From Macrostomum lignano (taxonomy: Eukaryota): DNA of 64,000 nt. Below, piece after piece: positions 9,297 through 28,700 of the stretch. Where the stretch lies: contig NIVC01000103.1 of assembly GCA_002269645.1 (NCBI GenBank), positions 741,393-805,392 on the forward strand, given 5' to 3'. The position numbers and the translations under genes were made by a program. Under the pieces are notes generated by a model. That model had not been told where the DNA came from, made no database searches, and worked only from the letters and a program-made list of their open reading frames with translations. How positions within the stretch are numbered: the stretch's first letter is position 1; every line of letters begins with the position of its first letter.

Positions 9297-9764
9297 ATAA
9301 AATTTTTGTCTTCTTTAGAGTAGGTTGTTATGCTATTTTTAGCTTTTATCCCATTTATCAAAGGCCCCATTTTTTATTTTCAGATTTGCTTGAATATGGA
9401 TATCTAGAAAATTTTAACTACTGTTGGTAAGTAGGATGAACACCGCTGAAATTAATTTTATCAGTTGCTTTTAGCTTTAAATCTTAACTATAATTTTTTA
9501 ACCTGTAATTTTAGAGAATGACCAACTGTCTCTACTACAAGTAATTATCAGCAGTCGAACCCTGCGTGAAAAGTACATTTTTACCTAGGAAAAGTGCAAT
9601 GGTGCTCAGAGTCTGAAGAAACTGACATTTTGTTGTACTCGCGTCTTTCATACTCTTCCTAATTAATCTAGTTTGCGGAAACACTTAAATATACACAAAT
9701 TTTACTTTACAGCTTTTTATTTCTAACAGTATTGTGTTATACTCTTTTATAGGGTCAGGTGTGA

Positions 9765-10435
9765 AATGGCCCATGATCACTATGACCACCATGACCCCCA
9801 GGTGTGCAATGGTTTATGATCATTATAACCACTATGGCCCCTAGGTGTACGTTGGTCTATGATCATTATGACCACCATGACCCCCAGGTGTGCAATGGTC
9901 CTTCAGGTATGCAATCATCCATAATCATTATGACCACTATGACCCCCATGTGTGCAATGGTCCAGGATTACTATGACCCTCCGGTGTGTAATGGTCCATT
10001 GGTCCATGATTACTGACCCCCTGGTGTACAATGGTCCATGACTGACTACTATGACCCCCAGGTGTCCAATGGTCCATGATCATTATGACCCCCAGGTGTC
10101 CAATGGTCCATGATCATTATGACCCCCAGGTGTGCAATGGTCCATGATCATTATGACCCCCAGGTGTGCAATGGTCCATGATCATTATGACCCCCAGGTG
10201 TGCAATGGTCCATGATCATCAATATGACCAATATGACCCCAGGTGTGCAATGGTCCATGATCATCAATATGACCAATATGACCCCAGGTGTGCAATGGTC
10301 CATGATCATTATGACCACTATGACCCCAGGTGTGCAATGGTCCATGATCATTATGACCACTATGACCCCCAGGTGTGCAATGGTCCATGATAATTATGCC
10401 CACTATGACCCCTAGGTGTGCAATGGTGCATGATC
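9765..10435. repeat. 34-43-bp minisatellite (GACCCCCAGGTGTGCAATGGTCCATGATCATTAT)n
   Basis: Tandem array read directly. Confidence 0.95.
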
Positions 10436-10576
10436 TCCATGGCTCCAGGTTTATATAGTAGAGGATTTAAAGTATGTATGTACCGATATGTATCGTAGTA
10501 ATAATATTTTGTCCTAAAAAACTCCTACCATTCCAGCTCGCAATTCGCACAGCAATTCAATCCAATTAATATTTGA

Positions 10577-15600
<5,024 letters not shown>

Positions 15601-16565
15601 ATCTCATTGATTTCTGATGAAGATAAATCAGTTCCGCCTAGCGAGGGACAGACTCTAAATTGATAATCTTACACGCCAAACGATTAGTAATAATTTGATG
15701 AAAACATTTTCAAAAAAAGACAAAAAATGTGTTAATTTCTACTAGTGAATGGCTGAACAGTAGCTAAACAGGGACACGATTCTCTTTTTTGTGTTTTTTA
15801 TCAAAATCTATTAATAGTAACAAGTGAGTTATTCAGATTTTTTTGATTTTCTCCCCTTAATAAGTTTAGTTGTTGTTGGCAAAGATTTGAACAAAATCTT
15901 GTCTCTCTGATGCCGGCTTTTAAACTTTGTTTTAATTCTGTTGTGTTGCCCCACACCCTCGGATCTGTTTGTCACTCGCTTCCCCTTCCTTGTGTTTATT
16001 CTGTTCCCAACAGTTTTCCTTGTTTTAAATTTGTGATCCCGCTGCGTCAAACATTTGAAATTCCAACAAATAATTCGCCGCTTTTATTCGTGAACAAAAA
16101 TAATAAATAACTACTATATAGTAGTACTAAAGGAATGTAGCCTTTTAATTTTTAATTTCCTTTATTAGTTTTTTATGCCAGACTGATGTGATGTGATAAA
16201 TATTTGATTACAATTTAATACTGACTAACAGCAAATCTCCCTAATTAATACTACTGATGAGAGTAGCAGAGAGCGTTCTTGACTCCACTTTTATTTATCT
16301 GCTTTAATAAGCGAAATAAGTGACTTGTTTAAATGTTCACTCCTACTGAATAGTAGTATTTGCAGTGATCCAACTGCAGCTGTTTGGCTGTGGCTGAATT
16401 TAATAAATATAATCATAAATAATATCCGAATCAAAGTACCATTACTGACGTACAATATTTATTATCTATAACTGATGCACTTAAAATGTGGTTATAAATG
16501 TGCCTCAAGTTTTCCTCTGCCACTTTCCGTGTCATTGTTTTTATTCAGTGAAATTCTGCATCTCA

Positions 16566-17250
16566 GTTGCTGAGCAGCCTCCCAGATCCTCGGTTCCTGG
16601 GTCAACCTCCCAAAGTGTCAGTTGCTAAGCCAGCTTCCCAGATCCTCAGTTGTTGGGCCAGCCTCCCAGAGTGTCAGTTGCTGGGCCAGCCTCCCAGATC
16701 CTCAGTTGCTGGGCCAGTATCCCAGATCCCCAGTTGCTGGGCCAGTATCCCAGATCCTCAGTTGCTGGGCCAGCCTCCCAGATCCCCAGTTGCTGGGCCA
16801 CCAGCCTCCCAGATCCCCAGTTGCTGGGCCAGCCTCCCAGATCCTCAGTTGCTGGGCCAGCTCCCAGATCCCCAGTTGCTGGGCCACCAGCCTCCCAGAT
16901 CCTCAGTTGCTGGGCCAGCCTCCCAGATCCTCAGTTGCTGGGCCAGCCTCCCAGATCCCCAGTTGCTGGGCCAGCCTCCCAGATCCTCAGTTGCTGGGCC
17001 AGCTCCCAGATCCCCAGTTGCTGGGCGAGCCTTCCAAAGTGTCAGTTGCTAAGCCAGCCTCCCAGCTCCTCAGCTTCTGGGCCAGCCTCCCAGATCCTCA
17101 GTTGCTGGGCCAGCCTCCCAGATCCTCAGTTGCTGGGCCAGCCTCCCAGCTCCTCAGCTGCTGGGCCAGCCTCCCAGAGTGTCAGTTGCTGAGCCAGCCT
17201 CCCAGAGTGTCAGTTGCTGAGCCAGCCTCCCAGTTGCTGGGCCAGCCTCC
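16566..17250. repeat. 28-bp minisatellite, third copy
   Basis: Same unit as 5147-5772 with variants. Confidence 0.95.
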
Positions 17251-17654
17251 CAAATACTATTTATATTTGTCTCCCACCCAGCTGCTAGATGAAGCAGGAT
17301 TAAGAATTATTTTTTTGTTTAGCTTTTGCAGAAGTCACCAAATGCACTTGACCCCCCGTGATCGATGGCAAAGCATCAACTTTAGTCTTCCGGCCGAGTG
17401 TGGCAAGAAAGCTAGCGGTCGGCAGTGCAGCTGCGTTACCTGCTATCACACGCTTTTTCGCATGCCCTTTCTGTGTAGATCAAGATCAGGTGTCATTTGT
17501 TTCCCTCTCAATAGTCACATGTTCAAATTGCCAGCCTGACGGAAACATTCCCAAAAGCAGGGTTGAGTTGACTGCTTTTGGAACATTAAGGTAGAAAAAG
17601 ATTTCTAACTTTGTAGAGTACCGAATGACTGAAGAAACCCTAAGGGTAGCTACT

Positions 17655-18228
17655 GTGCTCACTGAAGGATCCCTGAGGGAAGATAGCTGTGTTCACTGAT
17701 GGATCCCTGAGGGAAGATAGCTGTGTTCACTGAAGGATCCCTGAGGGAAGATAGCTGTGTTCACTGAAGGATCCCTGAGGGGACAGGGGAGATAGCTGTG
17801 CTCACTGAAGAATCCCTGAGGGTAGCTAGCTGTGCTCACTGAAGAATCCCTGAGGGGACAGGGGAGATAGCTGTGCTCACTGAAGAATCCCTGAGGGGAC
17901 AGGGGAGATAGCTGTGCTCACTGAAGAATCCCTGAGGGGACAGGGGAGATAGCTGTGCTCACTGAAGAATCCCTGAGGGGACAGGGGAGATAGCTGTGCT
18001 CACTGAAGAATCCCTGAGGGGACAGGGTAGCTAGCTGTGCTCACTGAAGAATCCCTGAGGGTAGCTAGCTGTGCTCACTGAAGAATCCCTGAGGGTAGCT
18101 AGCTGTGCTCACTGAAGAATCCCTGAGGGTAGCTAGCTGTGCTCACTGAAGAATCCCTGAGGGTAGCTAGCTGTGCTCACTGAAGAATCCCTGAGGGGAC
18201 AGGGGAGATAGCTGTGCTCACTGAAGGA
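17655..18228. repeat. ~34-41-bp minisatellite (GATAGCTGTGCTCACTGAAGAATCCCTGAGG...)n
   Basis: Tandem array. Confidence 0.95.
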
Positions 18229-18730
18229 CTTAAAACGACTTGTAAAAAGGTAACTGAGGTTTAAACAAGACAAAATTCGTTTTTAAGGGAACACTGTTAC
18301 CCCAATAGCCTCTTTCAGTCCAATTAATTCCACTAATAATTAAGAATTAAGGCTTGACCGCTTCTTCATTGCTTGCACGACTACACGTAACTGGGAATGC
18401 TTATGATTTACCATTTCTGTAAGTTTAGAAGACTATTTAGTATATAAGAGGGTATCTCTCGGGGAGAAATAGAGGTGGCTTGTTTTATTATAAAATAGTC
18501 ACTGAGCGCCTAACTATGGGATTTATTGGGATTTGGATCTTTTCTCTTCACGGGATCAACTATTTCAGCTCTGGGTGTGCCTTGCAGTTCTGATGAAGCT
18601 TCATATATAAGATTTTATGACCCCAATATGCAGGTTTATCATGTGGGTGGTGCATGCGGGCTGCAGGGCTTTGGGTGCATGGCTGTTGCTGCGACTCATG
18701 CTGCACATTTCGGATATGACCGTGAGCTGC

Positions 18731-19553
<823 letters not shown>

Positions 19554-19773
19554 CACATCTACATAATATTTTCACCAGCAATGGATTAAAAAGATGAGGA
19601 ACCGTTTCAGTCACTTCGGCATAAAACCCGAGTGGAATGACAAAAATGCTGAATGAATGAAACTGCTTGTACATTTATAATGAAATTTTTCATGAAAATT
19701 ATTAATATTCAGAGAATTTCTAGTGAAACAGAATTCAGACGAGCAGATAAATTATTGCATATTGGCTGGGAAC

Positions 19774-22700
19774 TCAAAATAGGATAAAGTGTCCCCAATA
19801 GCAGACAAAGAATATTGCAAATGACAGAGGGAACAGAATCCGAGAGCCTTTGTCCACTTTGCGGGCCAGTTGACGAGAGTTCGGGGCCCAGGCCTTCCAG
19901 TCTCCGTAGGTGTACTCGTTGACTAGCTTCTTGGCCTGTGGTGGCGGGTGGCGGGCGGTTGGCTTGTTTAGATATGTACACAGGTAGCTCAGATATGCAC
20001 AGGTAGCTTAGATATGTACACGGGTAGCTTAGATATGTGCACAGATAGCTTAGATATGTTAACAGGTAGCTTAGATATGTACACAGGTAGCTCAAATATG
20101 TACACAGGTAGCTTAGATATGTACACGGGTAGCTTAACCCAGGTAGCTTAGATATGTACACGGGTAGCTTAACCCAGGTAGCTTAGATATGTACACGGGT
20201 AGCTTAACCCAGGTAGCTTAGATATGTACACAGTTAGCTTAGATATGTACACAGGTAGCTCAGATATGTACACGGGTAGCTTAGATATGTACACAGGTAG
20301 CTTAGATATGTACACGGGTAGCTTAGATATGTACACAGGTAGCTTAGCTATGTACACGGGTAGCTTAGATATGTACACAGGTAGCTTAGATATGTTCACA
20401 GGTAGCTTAGATATGTACACAGGTAGCTTAGATATGTTCACAGGTAGCTTAGATATGTGCACAGGTAGCTTAGATATGTACACAGGTAGCTTAGATATGT
20501 ACACGGGTAGCTTAGATATGTACACAGGTAGCTTAGATCTGTACACAGGTAGCTTAGATATGTACACAGGTAGCTTAGATATGTGCACAGGTAGCTGAGA
20601 TATGTTCACAGGTAGCTGATATGTACACAGGTAGCTTAGATATGTACACAGATGGCGTCAAGATGTACACGCAGGCAGCACAGGTGACTCACCATCATCG
20701 GAGTAAACGCCGTCCCGCCGTCTGCACCAACCTCATCTCCATCCGGGTTCCCCGATCCATTGTTCGTCTTGGCTGCCGCCGCTGCCCTTCTCACCCGGGT
20801 CGTCACACGCCGGATCTCATTCCTGGCCATCGTGTTCACCATCGCGAACTCCACCATGGCCCCGAACACGTACATCACCGTGACGCCCATCCAGATGTCT
20901 ATGGCCTTGATATAGGACGCCTTTGGCAGAGTCATCCACAGTCCCATTGACTGGGTGGTCATTGATAGGACGGTCATAACGCCTGGGGATGAGGCATGAG
21001 TGCTTCAGTGAGTGAGTTATTTTGGAGTGTGAATGAGCTGGAAATTGATTATGAATTAGTGTTAGAGATGAACTTTTGGATTATGAAGTATGAAGTATTA
21101 TTGAGTTATGAATTATGAAATATTACTGGGTTATGAATTATGAAATATGTTTGGATTATGAATTATGAAATATGAATGGATTATGAATTATGAAATATGA
21201 TTTGGTTATGAATTATGAAGTATGACTGGGTTATGAATTATGAAATATGAATGGGTTATGAATTATGAAACGTGATCAGGTTAAGAATTATGAAATATGA
21301 ATGGGTTATGAATTATGAAACGTGATCAGGTTATGAATTATGAAGTATGACTGGGTTATGAATTATGAAATATGAATGGGTTTTGAATTATGAAATATGA
21401 TTTGATTATGAATTATAAAATATGATTGGGTTATGAATTATGAAATATGAATGGGTTATGAATTATGAAATATGAATGGGTTATGAATTATGAAATATGA
21501 ATGGGTTATGAATTATAAAATATGATTGGGTTATGAATTATGAAATATGAATGGGTTATGAATTATGAAACGTGATCAGGTTATGAATTATGAAGTATGA
21601 CTGGGTTATGAATTATGAAATATGATTGGATTATGAATTATGAAAACAAAGAACAGCTGCTTGAGTACTGCTCAGTCCCACAGACTAGGAGGATCCTAGA
21701 ACCCTTTAACCAGCTGGTGAAATCGGCCAAGCAAATATTTGACTATAGGCAAAAGTAAAAGAGACGCTGTCAGAAATTCAAATACTACACGGCTACCTGC
21801 TTGTCTTAACTGACACTGTAAAGCGGAGGTCCTACAGAAGTCAGAGTAATCCAAGCCGCTAGCCCCCGCACTGAGTCAATAACTCAAGTTTTTTTATCTT
21901 GTTAAAGTTAAACCTTCGCTGCTTGAAAATAGTAAGAACTTTACCGACCAGATCTTAAGCTGTCAGACGTCTTGAACTGATTGGATTAATATGCACACAC
22001 GGTCTCTGTGCCGCTTTTCAGAAATGCTTTTTAAACCTTTTAAAGTCCGGATGTGACAGACTGACCGCTCGAGTGATCCGCATTCGAGTTAAAACGATTA
22101 ACTTTTCACTGACTTTTATCGGAGAAAATACGAAATAAGTTGGTGATAGTTTTTAAAGTGCAAAAGCCAGACTATTGTAACTACGGGGATTAAGAAATGC
22201 AGGGATTAGCTCGTACCTTTGAGTGCGAATTTCGTACAGTGAAAATGATAGAGAAATAATGGACTAGAGGGAGTGAGACGGAGGGAGGAGGGAGAGATGG
22301 GAGAGGGAGAGGGTGAGAAGCAGAAAGTGAGAGGGAGAGGGAGAGAGTGAGAGGCAGAAAGTGAGAGAGAGGGAGAGGGTAGGAGGCATAAGGTGAGAGG
22401 GAGAGGGTGAGAGGCAGAAAGTGAGAGGGAGAGGGAGAGAGTGAGAGGCAGAAAGTGAGAGAGAGGGAGAGGGTAGGAGGCATAAGGTGAGAGGGAGAGG
22501 GTGAGAGGCAGAAAGTGAGAGGGAGAGGGAGAGAGTGAGAGGCAGAAAGTGAGAGAGAGGGAGAGGGTAGGAGGCATAAGGTGAGAGGGAGAGAGTGAGA
22601 GGCAGAAAGTGAGAGAGAGGGAGAGGGTAGGAGGCATAAGGTGAGAGGGAGAGGGTGAGAGGCAGAAAGTGAGAGAGAGGGAGAGGGTAGGAGGCATAAG

Positions 22701-25700
22701 GTGAGAGGGAGAGGGTGAGAGGCAGAAAGTGAGAGGGAGAGGGAGAGAGTGAGAGGCAGAAAGTGAGAGAGAGGGAGAGGGTAGGAGGCATAAGGTGAGA
22801 GGGAGAGAGTGAGAGGCAGAAAGTGAGAGAGAAGGAGAGGGTAGGAGGCATAAGGTAAGAGGGAGAGGGTGAGAGGCAGAAAGTGAGAGAGAGGGAGAGG
22901 GTAGGAGGCATAAGGTAAGAGGGAGAGGGTGAGAGGCAGAAAGTGAGAGAGAGGGAGAGGGTAGGAGGCATAAGGTGAGAGGGAGAGGGGGAGGGTGAGA
23001 GGCAGAAGGTGAGAGGGAGAGGGTGAGAAGCAGAAGGTGAGAGGGAGAGGGAGAGGGTGAGAAGCAGAAGGTGAGAGGGAGAGGGAGAGGGTGAGAAGCA
23101 GAAGGTGAGAGGGAGAGGGAGAGGGTGAGAAGCAGAAGGTGAGAGGGAGAGGGAGAGGGTGAGAAGCAGAAGGTGAGAGGGAGAGGGAGAGGGTGAGAAG
23201 CAGAAGGTGAGAGGGAGAGGGAGAGGGTGAGAAGCAGAAGGTGAGAGGGAGAGGGTGAGAGGCAGAAAGTGAGAGGGAGAGGGGAGAGCTGGAAGGTAAC
23301 TAGTAGCGCACAGCACTATGCCTTAGAGGTGACTGTACAAGACGACACAGCTGTTCCATTCTCCCCAAAAAACCCAGCCACTCAGGTGGGCAGTCGGGGA
23401 GCTGCTCACCCAGCGAGATCCGTGCCGGCACCGCCTCGATGCTGATCCAGAAGGACACCCAGGACAGGATGACAATGAGAGTGCTGGGCACGTAGTACTG
23501 GATCAGGTACACCGCGAATACCCGGCGGAGCACGAACTGCACCCTCAGGCAGGGGTACTCGCCTGGGAGGGGAGAGCGAGCGAGTAATTGAGTACTTGAG
23601 ACTCCCTTCTGCATCGCTCTTTCTCCATCTTCCTCTCCCTGTTTCTCTTCCTCTCCCTCTTTCTCTCACTCTCTCCCTCTCCCTCTTTCTCTCCCTCTTC
23701 CTCTCCCTCTCCCTCTCCCTCTCCTCTCCCTCTCCTCTCCCTCTCCGTCTTTCTCTCCCTCTTCCTCTCCCTCTCCCTCTTTCTCTCCCTCTTCCTCTCC
23801 CTCTCCCTCTCCCTCTCCTCTCCCTCTCCTCTCCCTCTCCGTCTTTCTCTCCCTCTTCCTCTCCCTCTCCCTCTTTCTCTCCCTCTTCATCTCCCTCTCT
23901 CTCTTTCTCTCCCTCTCCCTCTCCCTCTCCTCTCCCTCTCCCTCTTTCTCTCCCTCTTCCTCTCCCTCTCTCTCCCTCTCCCCCTTTTTTCCCCTCCCTC
24001 TCCCTACCATTCTTCATCTTTCTTATATTTCATTACGAGCGCGTATTGACTGACCTTCTCCCACATAATCTTTGTCGACTAAATATTATTCAATTTCCTT
24101 TTCCTATTGTTCCCTATTATTATTCCCTATCTGCCTTTGGAACACTTTCCGCTTTTTAGCTCAATCAAATCTCGTTTCCATTTCAAATTCAGGCTTGAAT
24201 AAATTGAATAAATATGATCAGATCAACACGCTTAACAATCGTAAAATACCTGTTTAACAGGATTAATTTCCTGTATAAATCATAAATTTCCTGTTTCCTG
24301 TATAAGCAAGCCGACAATCGACCGACAACCAGAACGCACAACACACTCGCACTGATGTACGCACGCGGGCAGGCGCTCTCATACAGTGGCCCAGACTCTC
24401 CTGCTTTCCCTAATACTGGAGTCTCTTCTCCACTGTCAGAACAAACAATGATTTACTGTGCTATGGGTAGATGGCGCACATTACTGGTATATTAATACAC
24501 TTTCCCTAGGGAATGTGTCCCGTGTAGAGGGCAAAAATCCATTATGCTGCAGACTTATCAAAACTAAAGTTGGTCGAGTTTCTGTTTTATGCTGTTTTTA
24601 CACAATATTTATTTGTTCAAGTATGGCTTCTTTATGTCTACATGTAAATTTGATTTCCCCCAGAGGGGAGCGGGGTGTGCTAGTCTAGCCTAATAGGCAG
24701 ATACTTCTGAAGGCTGCGTACGGCTGCTCAGTCCAAGGACTGGGGGGTCGCCACACACCCTCAATTACCCCAGCTAATGCTGGCACCCATTTAACAGCTG
24801 GGTGACTAAAGCATTGCAGAGTTAAGTGTCTTGCTCAAGGACACAAATTGTCCCGAATGCGCCAGGAATCGAACCCTCGACCTTCCAGTCGTGAGTCCGA
24901 CGCTCTGACCACTAGGCTACAAGCCCCTTCTATCTGGATGCAGCCATCAGTTTAACGCTTAAATTAGTAGATAAAGTACAAGCCCCCCGAAGGGGGTCTT
25001 AACTGCTAGTCTAGTATACTAAAATAATGTGAGCATTTGAAAGCAGAATCAGCTGACCAGAAATGTATTCGGTATCGCAGCTCGTTGTACTCCAATTAGT
25101 CAGCACAAATTGGGGCAGGTGGAAATTTTTGTTAATCTCGAAGGGTTTCTCCGGTCGCCAGCGCAGTCGCAGCTCTTGTCTGGTGAATCGGTCTGAAATT
25201 TCGTGATCGGCAAATTTTGAACTGCTTGCTCTGAGTGGTTATCGAAGTCTTGCTAACTTTAACTTTCAAGGATGTTTCTTCGGGCTTTGTGGATGACCTG
25301 ATAATATTTTGCTTTGACATTTATTGTGAATACATTTTTAAATTCTGTCAAGATGTCAGCCTAAAATTGAGTTTCTGTCTAGATCTGTTAATAAAGTTCT
25401 CCTTGTGAGTGTGCATAAGTATCTGAAATCGAGTGTGAGATGCAACTGGGGTATTGGGACTGAGATGGGACTTGAGACTTAGATGAGACTTGAGACTGGG
25501 ATGGGACTTGAGATTTAGATGAGACTTGAGACTGGGATGGGACTTGTGACTGAGATGGGACTTGAGACTGAGATGGGACTTGAGACTTAGATGAGACTTG
25601 AGACTGGGATGGGACTTGAGATTGAGATGGGACTTGAGACTTAGATGAGACTTGAGACTGGGATGGGACTTGAGACTGAGATGGGACTTGAGACTTAGAT

Positions 25701-28700
25701 GAGACTTGAGACTGGGATGGGACTTGAGACTGAGATGGGACTTGAGACTTAGATGAGACTTGAGACTGGGATGGGACTTGAGACTGAGATGGGACTTGAG
25801 ACTTAGATGAGACTTGAGACTGGGATGGGACTTGAGACTGAGATGGGACTTGAGACTTAGATGAGACTTGAGACTGGGGTGGGATTTTAGACTGAGATAG
25901 GACTTGAGACTGAGATGGGACTTGAGACTTAGATGAGACTTGAGACTGAAATGGGACTTGAGACTGAGATGGGACTTGAGACTGAGATGGGACTTGAGAC
26001 TGGGATGGGACTGAGACTGAGATGGAAGTTGGACTGAGATGGGACTTAAAACTGACATAGGAATGAGATATTAAGGCTGAGATATAACTTGAGATAGGAC
26101 AGGGATCTTGAAATATTTTGCTAAAATCCCTGTATCTGTTATTCTCTCTTCTATAAAGCAATTCCCTATAGATGAAAGCAGCATCGCGCACAGCTCTCCA
26201 TGATGATCTCGCAAGTCTGCGTGTCCAGCGGAAATCTGTAGAGCCCCATGTGGCAGCCAAGACGAAGGCTAATCCTGCAGATTAAGGGGTGTTTGATTGA
26301 ATATTAGAAATGTAAAAATAATCTATCTTTTTGCGACCTAGTTTGCTCAGAGCAAGCCAAGCACCAGAGACAGATATGAAAGGAGCGAGAAATTGCCAAC
26401 AGCTGCTGCTTTCTGCCGCCATATTCATCCTTTATCAACCCAGCTGAGCGGTCTGAGCGGAACCATACTCAAACGTACATCCAGAGGTGTGTCAAGAGCT
26501 GGTCGAAACCTTTGACTGAATGACAGTCATCTTTAGGCAAACTATAGGTCGCAGTTGTAGCAAAATTGAATGCAGTTTTCTGAGATTAGTCTATGGCTCA
26601 AGCTGGGGTCATAATGGGACATGGATATAGGCATGAGTTTCCGAGACCTGCTAGAGTAGTACACCTCGCCGTTAGGCTTGATCCTGAGCAGCTTGTTGGG
26701 GATGGTGATGTCGTGGTATTTAGCCTGCTTCTCGTTCATGAAGATGATATCCGGCAGCCAGATCTCGTCGATGAGGCGGGGATCAATGGTCAGGCCTGTG
26801 GTGTCGTTCAGAGCAGTCGGAGGCTGGGCGGTCTGGAACTGCGGCAGCGGCTGCGGGACGCCGTGACCCCGCATGTCGGTGACATTGTAGGACAGTCGCC
26901 TGTCGATCCAGGACAGCCTTAGGAAGATTTGGATGCTGTAGTCCTGTCGCGGAGGAAATTAGAGGGGCTCAAGTTTTACTCCAGGACGTGCTCCATATAG
27001 GCGCGCAAGGGGTCTCTCCTCATTGTGATTGATGGAGAAGAATTGAAACAGGTGAAGAAAGTTTAAGTATCTGGAGGCAACCATCATGGAGAATGGACAT
27101 CGGAGGAAGAGGTCAGAATCCGAATTGGCGTCGCAACCAGCTCAATGATAGGGCTTGAAGAGCTTTCGCAGCTCAAAGGAGTCGGTTTGAATAATCGCCC
27201 TAAGATTACAAAGGCGGTCACATGGGCGACACCGCTCTATGGGTGCGAGAGCTGGACTCTGGGGAAGAAAAGTATGGAGACACTCAAAGCGTTTGAAATA
27301 AAATATTACAGAAGAATGCTAAGGATTTCATGAAAAGAGAAAAAGACGTCAAATGCCTGGGTTCGGAACCAGAATCTGCGGAGATTATTAAGCTGAGAAA
27401 TCTTAAATATTTCGGACATCAGACGAGGAATGGAGCCATGACAAGTTTTTTGTATTCAAGGAGAGCAATGGAAGGTGAAAGAAGAATCAATAGACCGAAA
27501 AAGCAGTGGGAAGATGACCTGAAGGACTATACCGGATGAACCAGGGGAAAATGTAGCCAACATTTTAACGGGTAATTAGAATGTAGTCCAGGTCCCCCAA
27601 GGGGGGTCTTAATTGCTAGTCCTATATACTAAACATGGTTTGTCTTTATGTCCATACGTGATTGATTGAAAGATCAAGTTTAGAGTCTGAACTTTTAAGA
27701 CTGAATATTTTAAAGCTGAAGAAAGCTGCTCAAGGCTTTTGTTTTTTTCACAAGTCGTTAATAGTGCTGAAAGCTTTAGAAGTACATGTGAGCAGCTGTC
27801 ACAAAAGTTCCTATAAATGAAATTAGAAATCTCTAAGGACAAAAATACTTTTAAGAAAAGATTCGAGACTCATTAAAAAATAGATTTTTCTTCCCTTTAG
27901 TTGCTGCTTTTTTCGATTTAAATTTTATTGTATAAATACATTTTCTTACACAAATTAGCCTTATTTACGTTAACCAAACCATTTATCTGGGAAGATTGGT
28001 ATAAAACACAACACACACAAAACTACCATGCCGGGAGCTGCAGATTTGTGTGCATTTGAGCGTCTCCTCTGAGCGTAGGCCAAATTTAATAAAAATTTAA
28101 TTAGCCCTGAGCAAGGGGCAGGATGGGGTGGACAGAGGCACCGCTCACTACATCCCTAGTCATGTGGCGGCAGCCGCGGGAGGGGGGCATGGATTATAAA
28201 TGGGAATAGCTAGGTTTATATTATGTCTCTCCATCTCTCTAGCGATTTATATTGCTGGTTTGAGCTTCTCTGCAGCCTGCCTGACCGCTCAGGACAGTCA
28301 AGTGGACCAGAGTGACGAATTCTCCAGCTTGCAGCTTATAGCAATCAAAGTCGCCACTTTCTATAAGATGCCAGAAAGGTCGCGATACGAGGAGAGAGAG
28401 AGTGTGTGTGTAGCGGTTCTCTCCCCAACAGCGAGTCAATCAATAACTTCTACTCATATGAGTAGAGAGCTTTTCTTTCTTCCCAGCTGGAGATTACAGC
28501 GTCGAGAGACGATCACAGCAGCCTCGCCACCTAGGCATTTCCGCTGCTCATATATGCAGAATCAATCAGATTTAGGATAGCTGTGAGCTCTGTGTACAGC
28601 CTCCATTGGTAATCAATTCACATGATATGTCTCAGTCTCAGCGTATGACTTTTGGCAATATATCTCTTACTTCATAGCTTCATAAGTTTGTTCGTTTGCG

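Larger units (their letters stand above)
1590..9540 (+). ncRNA. Non-coding multi-exon snoRNA host gene (GAS5/UHG-like)
   Basis: Series of ~25-70 nt exons with canonical AG/GT sites (e.g. 1845-1896, 2130-2181, 2773-2841, 3581-3623, 3841-3870, 4104-4167, 4428-4462, 4747-4786, 5021-5093, 5968-6003, 6241-6274, 6491-6539, 8867-8893, 9384-9426). No long ORF. Nearly every intron holds one C/D snoRNA ending ~78-120 nt before the 3' splice site. Transcript ends are approximate. Confidence 0.85.

Noticed and set aside
24686-24920. Possible tRNA gene, also at 48600-48687 and 58411-58480
   Set aside because: A/B boxes present but no full cloverleaf, and it continues into a shared SINE body.
22190-26260. 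Repetitive ORFs at 22190-24159 and 25348-26260
   Set aside because: GA/CT-rich and 18-bp repeats; only the short exon portions belong to the channel gene.
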